A stretch of DNA of 64,000 bases from a virus (IMGVR_UViG_3300032247_001693:23996-87995); one strand, 5' to 3'; counted from the stretch's first letter, positions 7,574 to 16,133 are shown. The notes: generated by a model not told the origin, from the sequence alone. Numbers and translations: made by a program.

Positions 7574-7829
7574 CGTCTTCCTCTTCATCATCGCCACCAA
7601 ACATCTTGTCCCAATATTCCTTATCGAATCCGGTAATACAAACCTCCCTATCGTCCACAGACAAATAAGGAAAGCACTCTTGAATCAGACCTCCATTCAT
7701 GTAGCGGTTGAGATCAACCAGATTGACTGTCAAATTGACAGCTTTTCCGCCAAGACTCTTACCAGACAAAACCACAGAACCACCATCTTCGCTAAGAGTC
7801 CGACTGAAATTGTTCAAAGCGTACATCAT
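7566..7829 (-). CDS. hypothetical protein, acidic C-terminus
   Basis: ORF, AGGAG RBS. Confidence 0.7.
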   Translation of the reverse strand: MMYALNNFSRTLSEDGGSVVLSGKSLGGKAVNLTVNLVDLNRYMNGGLIQECFPYLSVDDREVCITGFDKEYWDKMFGGDDEEEDDE

Positions 7830-7853
7830 AATTCTTCTCCTTGTGTTCCTCGT

Positions 7854-7896
7854 ATTCTACACAACTCTTATCGTCCTGTCAAGAGGCTAATCTTAA
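7854..7896 (-). promoter_or_regulatory. overlapping sigma70 and sigma28-like promoter
   Basis: TTGACA-N17-TAGAAT; TTAAG-N16-GACGATAA. Confidence 0.7.
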
Positions 7897-7913
7897 GAAA
7901 AAATAGATTTCTG

Positions 7914-7991
7914 TAAACTGTTGACAAATAAGGACTTACATCAAAACGGGGCGCCCGTCCTCGTCGCAAGTCCTTATGCGACAAGGGTTTG
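7914..7991. repeat. 78-bp element, copy 6
   Basis: taaactgtt-gacaaat-aaggactta N28 caagtcctt-atgcgac-aagggtttg. Confidence 0.9.
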
Positions 7992-8000
7992 GGTCAAATA

Positions 8001-8381
8001 CTAGAGCGTGTCACTCTGAATGGTCTTATCGTTGATCTTAAAATCAAATCCATGTCCATAATACCCATTGTGAATATTATACAGATGAATAAACTTTTCA
8101 TTTTCTCCATTTACGATACGGAATACTACCATTCCACCACCATCAAAGAGATATTCATCATCAGAAACAATTTGCTTGAAATAGGAGGTATCAAATACCC
8201 AATCAGACAGATCTACTTCATCAATGTTTCTATCCATAGGCTTTTCACACACAGTATCAGAGATAAACCAATTAGCTTCTTCACAGCAGTCCTGAGACAT
8301 ATCATATCCAAGATAAACATTATTTTCATCAACAAAATTAACCTTTTCCACCCAAGGCTCTTCCGCATTGAAAATCTTCAT
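8001..8381 (-). CDS. hypothetical protein
   Basis: ORF, GAGGAG RBS; SQDCCE and NxHNGYYGH motifs. Confidence 0.75.
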   Translation of the reverse strand: MKIFNAEEPWVEKVNFVDENNVYLGYDMSQDCCEEANWFISDTVCEKPMDRNIDEVDLSDWVFDTSYFKQIVSDDEYLFDGGGMVVFRIVNGENEKFIHLYNIHNGYYGHGFDFKINDKTIQSDTL

Positions 8382-8420
8382 TTTCTACTCCTCTTTGATT
8401 TTTATCCGTTCTGTTCTATC

Positions 8421-8448
8421 ATTATACTCTAATATCGACCAATGTCAA
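8421..8448 (-). promoter_or_regulatory. sigma70-type promoter with internal GTCGATA
   Basis: TTGACA-N16-TATAAT. Confidence 0.7.
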
Positions 8449-8468
8449 GCTAATTTTTATAGAAATCC

Positions 8469-8546
8469 TAAATCCTCATAGAATAAGGACTTACATCAAA
8501 ACGGGGCGGCCCGGCCCACCCTAAGTCCTTATTAGATAAAGACTTA
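8469..8546. repeat. 78-bp element, copy 7
   Basis: taaatcctc-atagaat-aaggactta N28 taagtcctt-attagat-aaagactta. Confidence 0.9.
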
Positions 8547-8575
8547 GAGCAGGTGGGTAGCTTGTTGATGAGAAA

Positions 8576-8980
8576 TTAAAGAATCAAGCTAGCCAATCGG
8601 GGAACCTTGAAGAGTTGCTTCCCGAACAGGGGCCGACGAAGATTTCGAGTTCGTTCGGCATAAAAATTGCGAACCGTACCGTCCATGCTCTGGCAGGTCA
8701 CCAGATGCGAAGTACGGATAAAAGAAGGGTCATCACTACGATACCGACTTCGACGATTCAGCTTCTCAATCTGAGCATCGGTCAGCTTGCGAACATCCAG
8801 CACCTTTGCCAGATACCGCTCTGCCGTCCCCTCAAGAGGCTGTTCGTAAGTGAAATGAACAATCTCACCAACCTTGGAGCTAGACAGACTGCCATGCAGA
8901 CCACCGTAGACACCAACATACAACACGCAACCAGCAACAATCAGAGACGCAGCAATAGCACAACCAATAGCAAACATCAT
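8576..8980 (-). CDS. membrane-anchored hypothetical protein
   Basis: N-terminal hydrophobic helix. Confidence 0.7.
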   Translation of the reverse strand: MMFAIGCAIAASLIVAGCVLYVGVYGGLHGSLSSSKVGEIVHFTYEQPLEGTAERYLAKVLDVRKLTDAQIEKLNRRSRYRSDDPSFIRTSHLVTCQSMDGTVRNFYAERTRNLRRPLFGKQLFKVPRLASLIL

Positions 8981-9022
8981 TTCAAAAACCTCATTAGTGT
9001 TAGGATCACTTGAACTTCGATC

Positions 9023-9062
9023 ATTATACAGTGTTATCGGTAAAAGTCAAGCGGTAGCTTTA
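9023..9062 (-). promoter_or_regulatory. overlapping sigma70 and sigma28-like promoter
   Basis: TTGACT-N16-TATAAT; TAAAG-N16-ACCGATAA. Confidence 0.7.
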
Positions 9063-9081
9063 AGAATTTTTTGAGTTGACA

Positions 9082-9159
9082 CAACTCGTTGAAAAATAAA
9101 GACTTATGTCGAGCCGGGGCAGCCTGCCTTTCTCTAAGTCTTTTAGAGATAAGGGCTTA
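9082..9159. repeat. 78-bp element, copy 8
   Basis: caactcgtt-gaaaaat-aaagactta N28 taagtcttt-tagagat-aagggctta. Confidence 0.9.
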
Positions 9160-9168
9160 TGGCTTTCT

Positions 9169-9414
9169 TTATTCGAATTCGACGAAGATCACCTGATTAT
9201 AGCCACGGGGCTTGATGGTGAAGCTGTCGCCATAATTTTCCGTATCGGCCTTAACGCCGGTCATTCCCGCCATAGCCTTAGCTTGACGAACAACGCTGTG
9301 CTGAGATTCAGCATTCTTCGGAAGAAACTCAAACCGATTCGCCCAACCATAGTTAGCTTCGCCACCGAAAAGATCGGTATGGGTCACAACGCACTTGATA
9401 GCCTTCATTTTCAT
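9169..9414 (-). CDS. hypothetical protein
   Basis: ORF; TDLFGGEANY motif; start refined. Confidence 0.7.
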   Translation of the reverse strand: MKMKAIKCVVTHTDLFGGEANYGWANRFEFLPKNAESQHSVVRQAKAMAGMTGVKADTENYGDSFTIKPRGYNQVIFVEFE

Positions 9415-9459
9415 TTTCCTGTTAAAGTTAGTTCTAATCGTTCTCATCATCATGTTGGC

Positions 9460-9502
9460 ATTCTACTACACTAGTATCGACAAGTCAATAGCCTCTTCTT
9501 GA
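9460..9502 (-). promoter_or_regulatory. overlapping sigma70 and sigma28-like promoter
   Basis: TTGACT-N17-TAGAAT; TCAAG-N16-GTCGATA. Confidence 0.7.
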
Positions 9503-9518
9503 AAAAACCTTTTTGATG

Positions 9519-9596
9519 TAACTCGTTGAAAAATAAGGACTTACGATAAACCGGGGCGCTCGGCCTTGATCTAAGTCCTTTAGATTCAAGACCTTA
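9519..9596. repeat. 78-bp element, copy 9
   Basis: taactcgtt-gaaaaat-aaggactta N28 taagtcctt-tagattc-aagacctta. Confidence 0.9.
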
Positions 9597-9598
9597 CG

Positions 9599-10000
9599 TC
9601 AAATGTTGGCGTAGACCCGTTTTCCCCTAGTGACCAGTTTATCAAAAATTTTGCAGTCGATATCTTCGTCGCTATTTTCGTAGTGCCAATACTTTTGCAC
9701 CTTGGGGTCATATACTACCATTTTCATCTCTTTAATATCAGTAGCTCCACAGCTAGCAATATCGCTCAAGATAAAACCATAGCATTTAATCCACCCACAA
9801 ACATCTCGTTTTTGAGACTCGAAAACTTTAGCAGCTTTCTTGGGGCGATTAATAAGCTGGCATTCGCTCATCAAAATCTCATAATGTTCGGGATTCCAAT
9901 ATGATACGGTCATAAGGTTTCCATTATGGTAACTCTTCATCTGCCAGTGCTTATAATGTTCACCTGCACCCAGATGGAATCTTACTTCGTAATGTCTCAT
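9599..10000 (-). CDS. hypothetical protein
   Basis: ORF; stop 2 bp from element 9. Confidence 0.7.
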   Translation of the reverse strand: MRHYEVRFHLGAGEHYKHWQMKSYHNGNLMTVSYWNPEHYEILMSECQLINRPKKAAKVFESQKRDVCGWIKCYGFILSDIASCGATDIKEMKMVVYDPKVQKYWHYENSDEDIDCKIFDKLVTRGKRVYANI

Positions 10001-10140
10001 TTTTGTACCACAATAAGGTTAGGTAGATAGCCCATCAACATCTCAACAAACTGAGCTTTTCCAAATAATTTATATGCTTCTCTTTGTGTCATCTGAACTG
10101 TTCGTCCAGTATCAACACTAGTAATTTCATAAACTTTCAT
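9997..10140 (-). CDS. 47-aa hypothetical protein
   Basis: Hand translation; ATGA overlap with next gene. Confidence 0.55.
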   Translation of the reverse strand: MKVYEITSVDTGRTVQMTQREAYKLFGKAQFVEMLMGYLPNLIVVQK

Positions 10141-10158
10141 TTCTCACCCTTTCACTCT

Positions 10159-10187
10159 ATTCTATACCACCAATATTAGCTTGTCAA
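10159..10187 (-). promoter_or_regulatory. sigma70-type promoter
   Basis: TTGACA-N17-TAGAAT. Confidence 0.7.
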
Positions 10188-10200
10188 GGGGGCTACAGTT

Positions 10201-10247
10201 CTTGCTGACTATACCACCTAGCCGAAATCCGGAGGATTAGCAGAAAC
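10201..10247. repeat. ~48-bp dispersed repeat, copy 2 of 3
   Basis: GCTGACTATACCACCTAGCCGAAATCCGGAGGATTAGCAGAAAC. Confidence 0.75.
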
Positions 10248-10318
10248 GTTCCAATCGGTAGTATAACCCGAACCCATACGAGTTGATCAGCCTCGTCGTT
10301 CACTATGGCTGTCTGTCA

Positions 10319-10359
10319 AGTATACCTCTATTATCGACTTTGTCAAGTGGTCAGCTTGA
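10319..10359 (-). promoter_or_regulatory. overlapping sigma70 and sigma28-like promoter
   Basis: TTGACA-N16-TATACT; TCAAG-N16-GTCGATAA. Confidence 0.65.
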
Positions 10360-10377
10360 GAAAATTTCATACTGACG

Positions 10378-10455
10378 TAAAGTGTTGAGAAATAAGGACT
10401 TAGGGCGAAAGCGGGCGCCCCCGTTCGCCCTAAGTGCTTACACACAAAGGGTTTA
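10378..10455. repeat. 78-bp element, copy 10
   Basis: taaagtgtt-gagaaat-aaggactta N28 taagtgctt-acacaca-aagggttta. Confidence 0.9.
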
Positions 10456-10465
10456 CGGTTAGCTC

Positions 10466-10882
10466 TTAAAGATAGTGAGCATCACACCCAATATCCCGAA
10501 GTTGAGTAGCCACACGATGCCCAATATGATAGTCAGCTATTTCCATAGAGTTAGGCTTTCCATCTTCATATCCACTATATCGATAGTCGCCACAAGATCC
10601 ACCACGAACAACATCACAGAACTTTTTAGCTTCATATAAGCTAGTTCCGGCTGTGTTACGAATAATCCTAATAGCATTAATAAATTGATCTGGAGGAATA
10701 CTTTTCAAAATTAATGTTGCACACCTAGAAAAACTATCGATGGGGGGAATAGAGCATTCTGCTGGCGGTACACTAACAATAGCATCCTCCAAAGCTTTCA
10801 ACAGCTTATTATACAGATCATCACAACTAGTGCTTTCAATAATAGCAACGATCTCTTTTACCGTCAAACTAACATTAACCAT
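10466..10882 (-). CDS. protein with ribosomal L7/L12 C-terminal-like motif
   Basis: INAIRIIRNTAGTSLYEAKKFCD resembles KIxAIKxVRxxTGLGLKEAKxxVE. Confidence 0.55.
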   Translation of the reverse strand: MVNVSLTVKEIVAIIESTSCDDLYNKLLKALEDAIVSVPPAECSIPPIDSFSRCATLILKSIPPDQFINAIRIIRNTAGTSLYEAKKFCDVVRGGSCGDYRYSGYEDGKPNSMEIADYHIGHRVATQLRDIGCDAHYL

Positions 10883-11060
10883 TTTTTCTATCTCCTAATT
10901 TTGAATCATTCACAATAGTTTGAAAATCTTTTGCAAGAGCAGTCCAATCGTCCCGTTCGATCTCTGGGTGGTCAAAATAAAAATCGTCAAGAATTTCTGC
11001 TGCTGTTTTTGGAAACGCCCAATCAAACAACGACATAAAACCCTTTAGTAGCCAACTCAC
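10875..11060 (-). CDS. hypothetical protein
   Basis: ORF, coupled to neighbours. Confidence 0.6.
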   Translation of the reverse strand: MSWLLKGFMSLFDWAFPKTAAEILDDFYFDHPEIERDDWTALAKDFQTIVNDSKLGDRKNG

Positions 11061-11323
11061 TCCCCACCTCCTAGCCTTGCAAGCATGTTGCGGAGAACGG
11101 CCACGCCCCAGCCCATTTCGTGAAGCTGTTCAATCACAGCTTCAATCGCATCCAGCTCCTCCGGTCGCAGCCGTAGCCGCTCCACCTCTGCCCTCAGAAA
11201 TTCAATTTCTTTAATAGTCTCTTGAATCAACTCATACTCAGTTTTGTCTCCATAGAGCTCCCAAACATTATTACATGTCCAAATTGATTTCAGCATGTCA
11301 ACAAGATTATTAACGTCAGTCAT
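11057..11323 (-). CDS. coiled-coil hypothetical protein, paralog of 11628-11843
   Basis: M.DV..xVD.L...IQ.xIKEI..LR.EVERLR shared. Confidence 0.65.
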   Translation of the reverse strand: MTDVNNLVDMLKSIWTCNNVWELYGDKTEYELIQETIKEIEFLRAEVERLRLRPEELDAIEAVIEQLHEMGWGVAVLRNMLARLGGGE

Positions 11324-11627
11324 TCTTTCTCTTCTTTGTGTATGGGCGGGATTTTTGTTATTCTCGCTATGGCTAACCCGCATTCCCACAGATCAGTTGG
11401 GAGCTACCCAACCACTTTGTGTCACCAATATAGCATACGTTCTTGGTTTGTCAAGCGTACAACACCGAATGAATCGGATTTTCGTTGGTGACTTTTTATT
11501 GCAAGGGACGGGTGGGTTCGTTTCAACAATGCGTTAGCATCTCCACTGACCACCTACTCTACTACCGGCTTAGTAGCTAGCAAGCATCGTGAGCCACTCA
11601 AGTGGCCTAGCAATCCCTTTTGTATTG

Positions 11628-11843
11628 TCAAGATAAACGGTTCACCTCATCGGAATGCGCCTGCGCCTCCTGCTCCCAATATTCAGCGGCTCGCCGCAGC
11701 CGCTCCACCTCTAACCTGAGAGATTTAATCTCTTTGATAGCCTTTTGAATCAACCTATACTCAATATGATTACCACCACATTCATAACATGAAGATAATC
11801 CAATGAAATCAAGTCTATCTACGATATCTTTAACGTCATTCAT
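11628..11843 (-). CDS. coiled-coil hypothetical protein, paralog of 11057-11323
   Basis: See above. Confidence 0.65.
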   Translation of the reverse strand: MNDVKDIVDRLDFIGLSSCYECGGNHIEYRLIQKAIKEIKSLRLEVERLRRAAEYWEQEAQAHSDEVNRLS

Positions 11844-12024
11844 TTTTATTCCAAGCCTCCAAATTAGTTTCTTTCTCCAGAATCTTTGACAAACTATTCA
11901 TCCACTCATTTGCAGACTTCATAGCATCAGGTCCCATAGTAGTCATGATCCAATGCCATTCGCCTTCGCAATTAGCCAACACAGACCAACAATCAGCACC
12001 GTTTTTTTCTATCTTCAGCAACAT
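11836..12024 (-). CDS. hypothetical protein
   Basis: ORF, AAGGA RBS. Confidence 0.6.
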   Translation of the reverse strand: MLLKIEKNGADCWSVLANCEGEWHWIMTTMGPDAMKSANEWMNSLSKILEKETNLEAWNKNE

Positions 12025-12042
12025 TATTTTCCTTTTCCTTTT

Positions 12043-12201
12043 CTAACCAAACATCTCGTACTCTTCATCAGTCAACGCCACCTCATCTGGACGATAACAT
12101 CCGTTACCATGCAAATCACGATTAGTAGGACGCTTTTCCCACTCATCCATAAATCGCTTGTTTTCAATACGACGCTTTTCTTCTTCATTCTTCTCTATCA
12201 T
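12043..12201 (-). CDS. hypothetical protein
   Basis: ORF; start refined to GAGG-preceded ATG. Confidence 0.55.
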   Translation of the reverse strand: MIEKNEEEKRRIENKRFMDEWEKRPTNRDLHGNGCYRPDEVALTDEEYEMFG

Positions 12202-12226
12202 TTGTCTTCCTCTTTCTTGTTCTATC

Positions 12227-12267
12227 ATTCTACACCTATCATCGGTAGTTGTCAAGCCCCCTCTTTA
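12227..12267 (-). promoter_or_regulatory. overlapping sigma70 and sigma28-like promoter
   Basis: TTGACA-N17-TAGAAT; TAAAG-N16-ACCGATG. Confidence 0.65.
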
Positions 12268-12285
12268 AGAAAAATGCGTTTGATG

Positions 12286-12363
12286 TAAGTTGTTGAGAAA
12301 TAAACACTTAGGACAAATCGGCCCGCCCGCTTTCGCCCTAAGTCCTTTATGGACAAGGGTTTG
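12286..12363. repeat. 78-bp element, copy 11
   Basis: taagttgtt-gagaaat-aaacactta N28 taagtcctt-tatggac-aagggtttg. Confidence 0.9.
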
Positions 12364-12372
12364 CGGTTAGTC

Positions 12373-12669
12373 TCAAAAATCCCCATCATCTAGGTGCCAA
12401 TCATCGGGTTGGTCGGCATCACACCCATAGCCCCCAAAATCGTCATCCCCGTAGCTCCCGTAGTCCTCATCAGTGCCAAAACCGGCACTTGATAGGGCGG
12501 ATTCGTGGTCGCCGTCCATAGAATCATCATAATCTTCATCCTCATCATCCCAATCACAATCATCATCTTCCCAATCGTCATCTTCATCCCAATCATCATC
12601 ATCATCATCAAAATAGCCCTCAACTTCGTTTTCGTAGTCGTAGTCGTGAAGGGGGTCAGGATGGCTCAT
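12373..12669 (-). CDS. extremely acidic (Asp-rich) protein
   Basis: Poly-D/E tracts with W/Y/F; GGAG RBS. Confidence 0.7.
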   Translation of the reverse strand: MSHPDPLHDYDYENEVEGYFDDDDDDWDEDDDWEDDDCDWDDEDEDYDDSMDGDHESALSSAGFGTDEDYGSYGDDDFGGYGCDADQPDDWHLDDGDF

Positions 12670-12728
12670 CTTAAAAACTCCAAAGGGTTAGGACTGATGG
12701 ATGTAGTATACCGGGACAAAAACAATTG

Positions 12729-12902
12729 TCAAGAGGTCTGATACTCGTATGGTACAAATTCTTCAACGATCCCCACAGCTTCGGCCCAATCCCAAAAATT
12801 GATTTCAAGATTAGGATCGTCGATAGGCTCGACCATCATCTCAAGGATAGAATCATCACCCAACTGATTCAGCACCAGATTCATTTCATCCAAATTGAAC
12901 AT
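12729..12902 (-). CDS. 57-aa acidic protein
   Basis: Hand translation MFNLDEMNLV...; follows promoter at 12942. Confidence 0.55.
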   Translation of the reverse strand: MFNLDEMNLVLNQLGDDSILEMMVEPIDDPNLEINFWDWAEAVGIVEEFVPYEYQTS

Positions 12903-12941
12903 AGTAGAATTCCTTGATAGGGTTATCGGCCTGATGAAATC

Positions 12942-12969
12942 ATTCTACTAAGTATATCGACAAGGTCAA
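12942..12969 (-). promoter_or_regulatory. sigma70-type promoter with internal GTCGATA
   Basis: TTGACC-N16-TAGAAT. Confidence 0.65.
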
Positions 12970-13013
12970 GAGCATCCCCTTAAATATTTTTCTTGCAATA
13001 TCTTAAGGTAGCG

Positions 13014-13091
13014 TAAAGTCTTGAAGAATAAGGACTTACGTCAAAAGCGGGCGCCCGCCCTAGCTGCAAGTCTTTTGCAGATAAGGACTTA
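13014..13091. repeat. 78-bp element, copy 12
   Basis: taaagtctt-gaagaat-aaggactta N28 caagtcttt-tgcagat-aaggactta. Confidence 0.9.
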
Positions 13092-13094
13092 CGT

Positions 13095-13466
13095 TCAGTC
13101 TTCAATTTCGCGGAAAATTGAGATTTCCAACCCAGATGCCATAATGGCAGCATACTGTTCGACCATAGCTGCCACTCTGTCAGATGATCCCGGCTTGCCA
13201 ACTGGCAGCAACATTAGGTCATCAGCGTTTTTCAGTCTCTTATTGACTTTTTCTTTCTTGCTGGTAGAAATTTTCTTCAAGGCTTTTTGATTGAACTTCA
13301 AAACTTTTTCCGTAACCAACACCCTCTTTCGGGTGGCTAGTTCACAAGAGTAGGTTTCATCCTCGATTACCAGATGGTCTGCAATCTCAACCATATCGGG
13401 AATCGCTAGACCCAGGAAACAATTGCGGGCCTGCCGCTTTGCTCTCTCAACAATCTCAAATTTCAT
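13095..13466 (-). CDS. hypothetical protein, paralog of 15010-15327
   Basis: MKFxIVExAKRQARNCFLGxAIP...EKVLKFNxKALK shared. Confidence 0.75.
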   Translation of the reverse strand: MKFEIVERAKRQARNCFLGLAIPDMVEIADHLVIEDETYSCELATRKRVLVTEKVLKFNQKALKKISTSKKEKVNKRLKNADDLMLLPVGKPGSSDRVAAMVEQYAAIMASGLEISIFREIED

Positions 13467-13550
13467 CGTAAAATCCCTTGTGAAGTTAGAACTTGTCTCG
13501 ATATTCTACAGGAAGATTCAAGCCTTGTCAACCTTACAATACCGCAAGGT

Positions 13551-13745
13551 TTACGCATCTTCCCACTTATGTTCGGACTGATTATAAATCTTCACCTGCT
13601 CAACGCCGGTCTTCACCACCACCGCTTTGCGAACATCCATCCAATCCTTACCCGAAAACGGCCCAAGATACTTGCCATCGACGGTGAACACGCAGAAATT
13701 CTTGACTTTCATATTTTTCTCACTGGGTTTGGTTTTGGTACTCAT
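13551..13745 (-). CDS. hypothetical protein (start 13745 or 13712)
   Basis: ORF after promoter. Confidence 0.55.
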   Translation of the reverse strand: MSTKTKPSEKNMKVKNFCVFTVDGKYLGPFSGKDWMDVRKAVVVKTGVEQVKIYNQSEHKWEDA

Positions 13746-13751
13746 GTCATC

Positions 13752-13791
13752 ATTATACACTCTTATCGGCATTTGTCAATAGCGATCTTGA
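13752..13791 (-). promoter_or_regulatory. overlapping sigma70 and sigma28-like promoter
   Basis: TTGACA-N16-TATAAT; TCAAG-N16-GCCGATAA. Confidence 0.7.
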
Positions 13792-13809
13792 AGAATTTTG
13801 ATATTGATC

Positions 13810-13887
13810 TAAGTTGTTGAAAAATAAGGACTTACGACGATCCGGGGCGCCCGCCCTTGCCGCAAGTCCTTTGAGGCTAAGGGTTTA
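13810..13887. repeat. 78-bp element, copy 13
   Basis: taagttgtt-gaaaaat-aaggactta N28 caagtcctt-tgaggct-aagggttta. Confidence 0.9.
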
Positions 13888-14157
13888 GGAGCGATGTAAT
13901 TTTGGGTCGTTTTTTGAGCCACGATAGAAACGATCACGGGAAGCTTCCGCCATCGGGCAGGAAAATCCCATTTTGTTTCTCCACCGGAGCAAACTTTTGA
14001 TAGCTGCCCCAGTTTCACCATTAACTACATCTTCTGTCACAACAATAGTACCGTCTTCAACTTTGACCAGAGCAACTAGCGTCTTACCCTGTTGTGGACG
14101 CACCACAATTGTCAAGCCATTAGAGGCCCGATCTATTTCGCATTGTCGAAGTTTCAT
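13885..14157 (-). CDS. hypothetical protein
   Basis: ORF; stop codon lies in the last arm of element 13. Confidence 0.6.
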   Translation of the reverse strand: MKLRQCEIDRASNGLTIVVRPQQGKTLVALVKVEDGTIVVTEDVVNGETGAAIKSLLRWRNKMGFSCPMAEASRDRFYRGSKNDPKLHRS

Positions 14158-14166
14158 AGGCCACCA

Positions 14167-14337
14167 TTAAATTGCCTTATTGATTTTGTGATAAAGAGCC
14201 TTCAATCTCTCTAATTCATCCTCATAAGAAACATTTGTTTCTTTGGTACTATACTCATACGTCTTAAGAATCTCAACCTTTTTCATCCGCGACATAACAG
14301 ACATACTCAGGTCAAACAATTCAGAAGGACTAAACAT
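14167..14337 (-). CDS. 56-aa hypothetical protein
   Basis: Hand translation; AAGGAG RBS. Confidence 0.55.
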   Translation of the reverse strand: MFSPSELFDLSMSVMSRMKKVEILKTYEYSTKETNVSYEDELERLKALYHKINKAI

Positions 14338-14459
14338 TACCAACTCCTTTTTAGGTTACTTACTACTATATCGACATTTTACCCTGTAGATTCCAGTTTG
14401 TCAAGAAAAATCTTTCCTTGCAAAACCTACAGATTAACCCATCTTCAACAGACCCCCTA

Positions 14460-14509
14460 TTCTCGCTGACTATACCACATAGCCGCAAATCCGGAGGATT
14501 AGGAAAAAC
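14460..14509. repeat. ~48-bp dispersed repeat, copy 3 of 3
   Basis: TCTCGCTGACTATACCACATAGCCGCAAATCCGGAGGATTAGGAAAAAC. Confidence 0.75.
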
Positions 14510-14852
14510 AATGAAGACCCCCCCTTCAGACCCAAGCCACCGCCCAAAACCCCCAAACCTCCCAGACTACCCAACTACCACAACCACCCCAACTACCCCA
14601 GACTTCCTAGAATTCATATCCTGTATAGCCTTCACAGTATACGGGAGCATAGTTCACCTAATTGATAAGGATTGCAAAGATAATTCCGCAAATCAGACAA
14701 ATCCCCAAAATCGCCCTATCTTTCCTACTCATCCTATTTCCCCTATCTTCTATTAGTTTTCCAATCTGCTTCTATTACCATATATCGTCCATTTTACCAT
14801 CCAAACTTGAACTTGTCAAACCTTAAAATTTCGTAAGGTAGATCATTCGTCG

Positions 14853-14930
14853 TAAGTGCTTGAAGAATAAAGACTTACGTCAAGGTGGGGCGGCCCGTTT
14901 TGCTCTAAGTCCTTATTTTTCAACACTTTA
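14853..14930. repeat. 78-bp element, copy 14
   Basis: taagtgctt-gaagaat-aaagactta N28 taagtcctt-atttttc-aacacttta. Confidence 0.9.
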
Positions 14931-15009
14931 TGTCAAGTGCTAAAACTAGTGGACAAAAGACCACCACCCCCACCAGAGAGGTAGTGTACATGCTTATCCC
15001 CCGTTGGGG

Positions 15010-15327
15010 TTATGCAACCTCCCCAAAGGCGGAGAGTTCCAACCGAGCCACCACACCATATTGAGCGGCCAGCAGTTCAACACGCTCACGCGAACCGGGG
15101 AGAGTACCACCAGCAGAAATCATGAGATCATCACCCCTACTCATGCGGGGGTCATTCTTGACCTTTGCAACCTTGCCAGCATTCTTCAAGGCTTTGCGAT
15201 TGAACTTCAAAACCTTCTCAACCACCACCATCTCTCCGTCGATGTTCTTAGCTTCGGAAGGGATAGCGATTCCCAAAAAGCAGTTACGGGCTTGACGCTT
15301 GGCATTTTCTACGATTGCAAACTTCAT
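15010..15327 (-). CDS. hypothetical protein, paralog of 13095-13466
   Basis: Start refined (GAGG RBS); shared N-terminus. Confidence 0.75.
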   Translation of the reverse strand: MKFAIVENAKRQARNCFLGIAIPSEAKNIDGEMVVVEKVLKFNRKALKNAGKVAKVKNDPRMSRGDDLMISAGGTLPGSRERVELLAAQYGVVARLELSAFGEVA

Positions 15328-15569
15328 TTTCACATCCTCAAGGTTTCTCATTCTCATACCCCTATTATACAGGGGAGTTTTGGAATTGCAAGCACAAAGT
15401 TTCCTTAAATTTTCGTAAGGTAGTCGAAAGCTCTGGAAACCGCAGTATCCAAAAACCCCCGCACAATCTCCCCACCAGCCTTGAAAACTTCGTGTACGGT
15501 GTAGGTGAGGAATGCACAAAAGGTCAGTATACAGGTGATCATTACGATATCGTAGAGCATGTTTTCCTC

Positions 15570-15791
15570 TTAAGCTACTTTGATGAAAATTTCGACTACG
15601 CCAGACTTCGTTGACAGTGTGACCAGAAATTTCCGACCGCTACCATCTTCAATCCTCATACCATTTACCAAACCAATGAATGGCATATCTACTGAATCAT
15701 ACAGCAGAATTTCATACCGACCACGCATAGCCTCTACAATATCGCTCAAAAGATAGACCTTGCGAATCGAGCGGGGTACTACAGTGTTCAT
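15570..15791 (-). CDS. hypothetical protein
   Basis: ORF, AAGGA RBS. Confidence 0.7.
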   Translation of the reverse strand: MNTVVPRSIRKVYLLSDIVEAMRGRYEILLYDSVDMPFIGLVNGMRIEDGSGRKFLVTLSTKSGVVEIFIKVA

Positions 15792-15820
15792 TTTTCTTTT
15801 TCCTTTTTCTCTACTGGTTA

Positions 15821-15855
15821 TATCGTCATTATACAGGGGAAACTTTAGTTGTCAA
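15821..15855 (-). promoter_or_regulatory. sigma70 promoter with downstream-shifted sigma28-like promoter
   Basis: TTGACA-N16-TATAAT; TAAAGTTT-N12-GACGATA. Confidence 0.7.
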
Positions 15856-15858
15856 GTC

Positions 15859-16062
15859 CTATTCACCATCATATCCGACATACCAAATCTCACCTTTTTC
15901 ATCAGCCATTTTCTTGAATCCCTTTTTTGCCATGTGACGATCTTGAATGAAATTATCTACAATTCCAAAAGCCTGAGCCATCAGCCAGAAGCCTACCGTC
16001 ATGGAAAGATAGATGGTGGCAATCAGAGCGATCCAGCAGAGAGCAATTATGAGGCTTGTCAT
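15859..16062 (-). CDS. small membrane protein
   Basis: Long hydrophobic N-terminal segment. Confidence 0.65.
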   Translation of the reverse strand: MTSLIIALCWIALIATIYLSMTVGFWLMAQAFGIVDNFIQDRHMAKKGFKKMADEKGEIWYVGYDGE

Positions 16063-16098
16063 TTTCTTATTCCTGTTTTTTCTTTTCCCTACGTCTTA

Positions 16099-16133
16099 TA
16101 TCGTCATTATACAGGCTTTTCTTTAGCCGTCAA
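16099..16133 (-). promoter_or_regulatory. sigma70 promoter with downstream-shifted sigma28-like promoter
   Basis: TTGACG-N16-TATAAT; TAAAG-N15-GACGATA. Confidence 0.7.
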
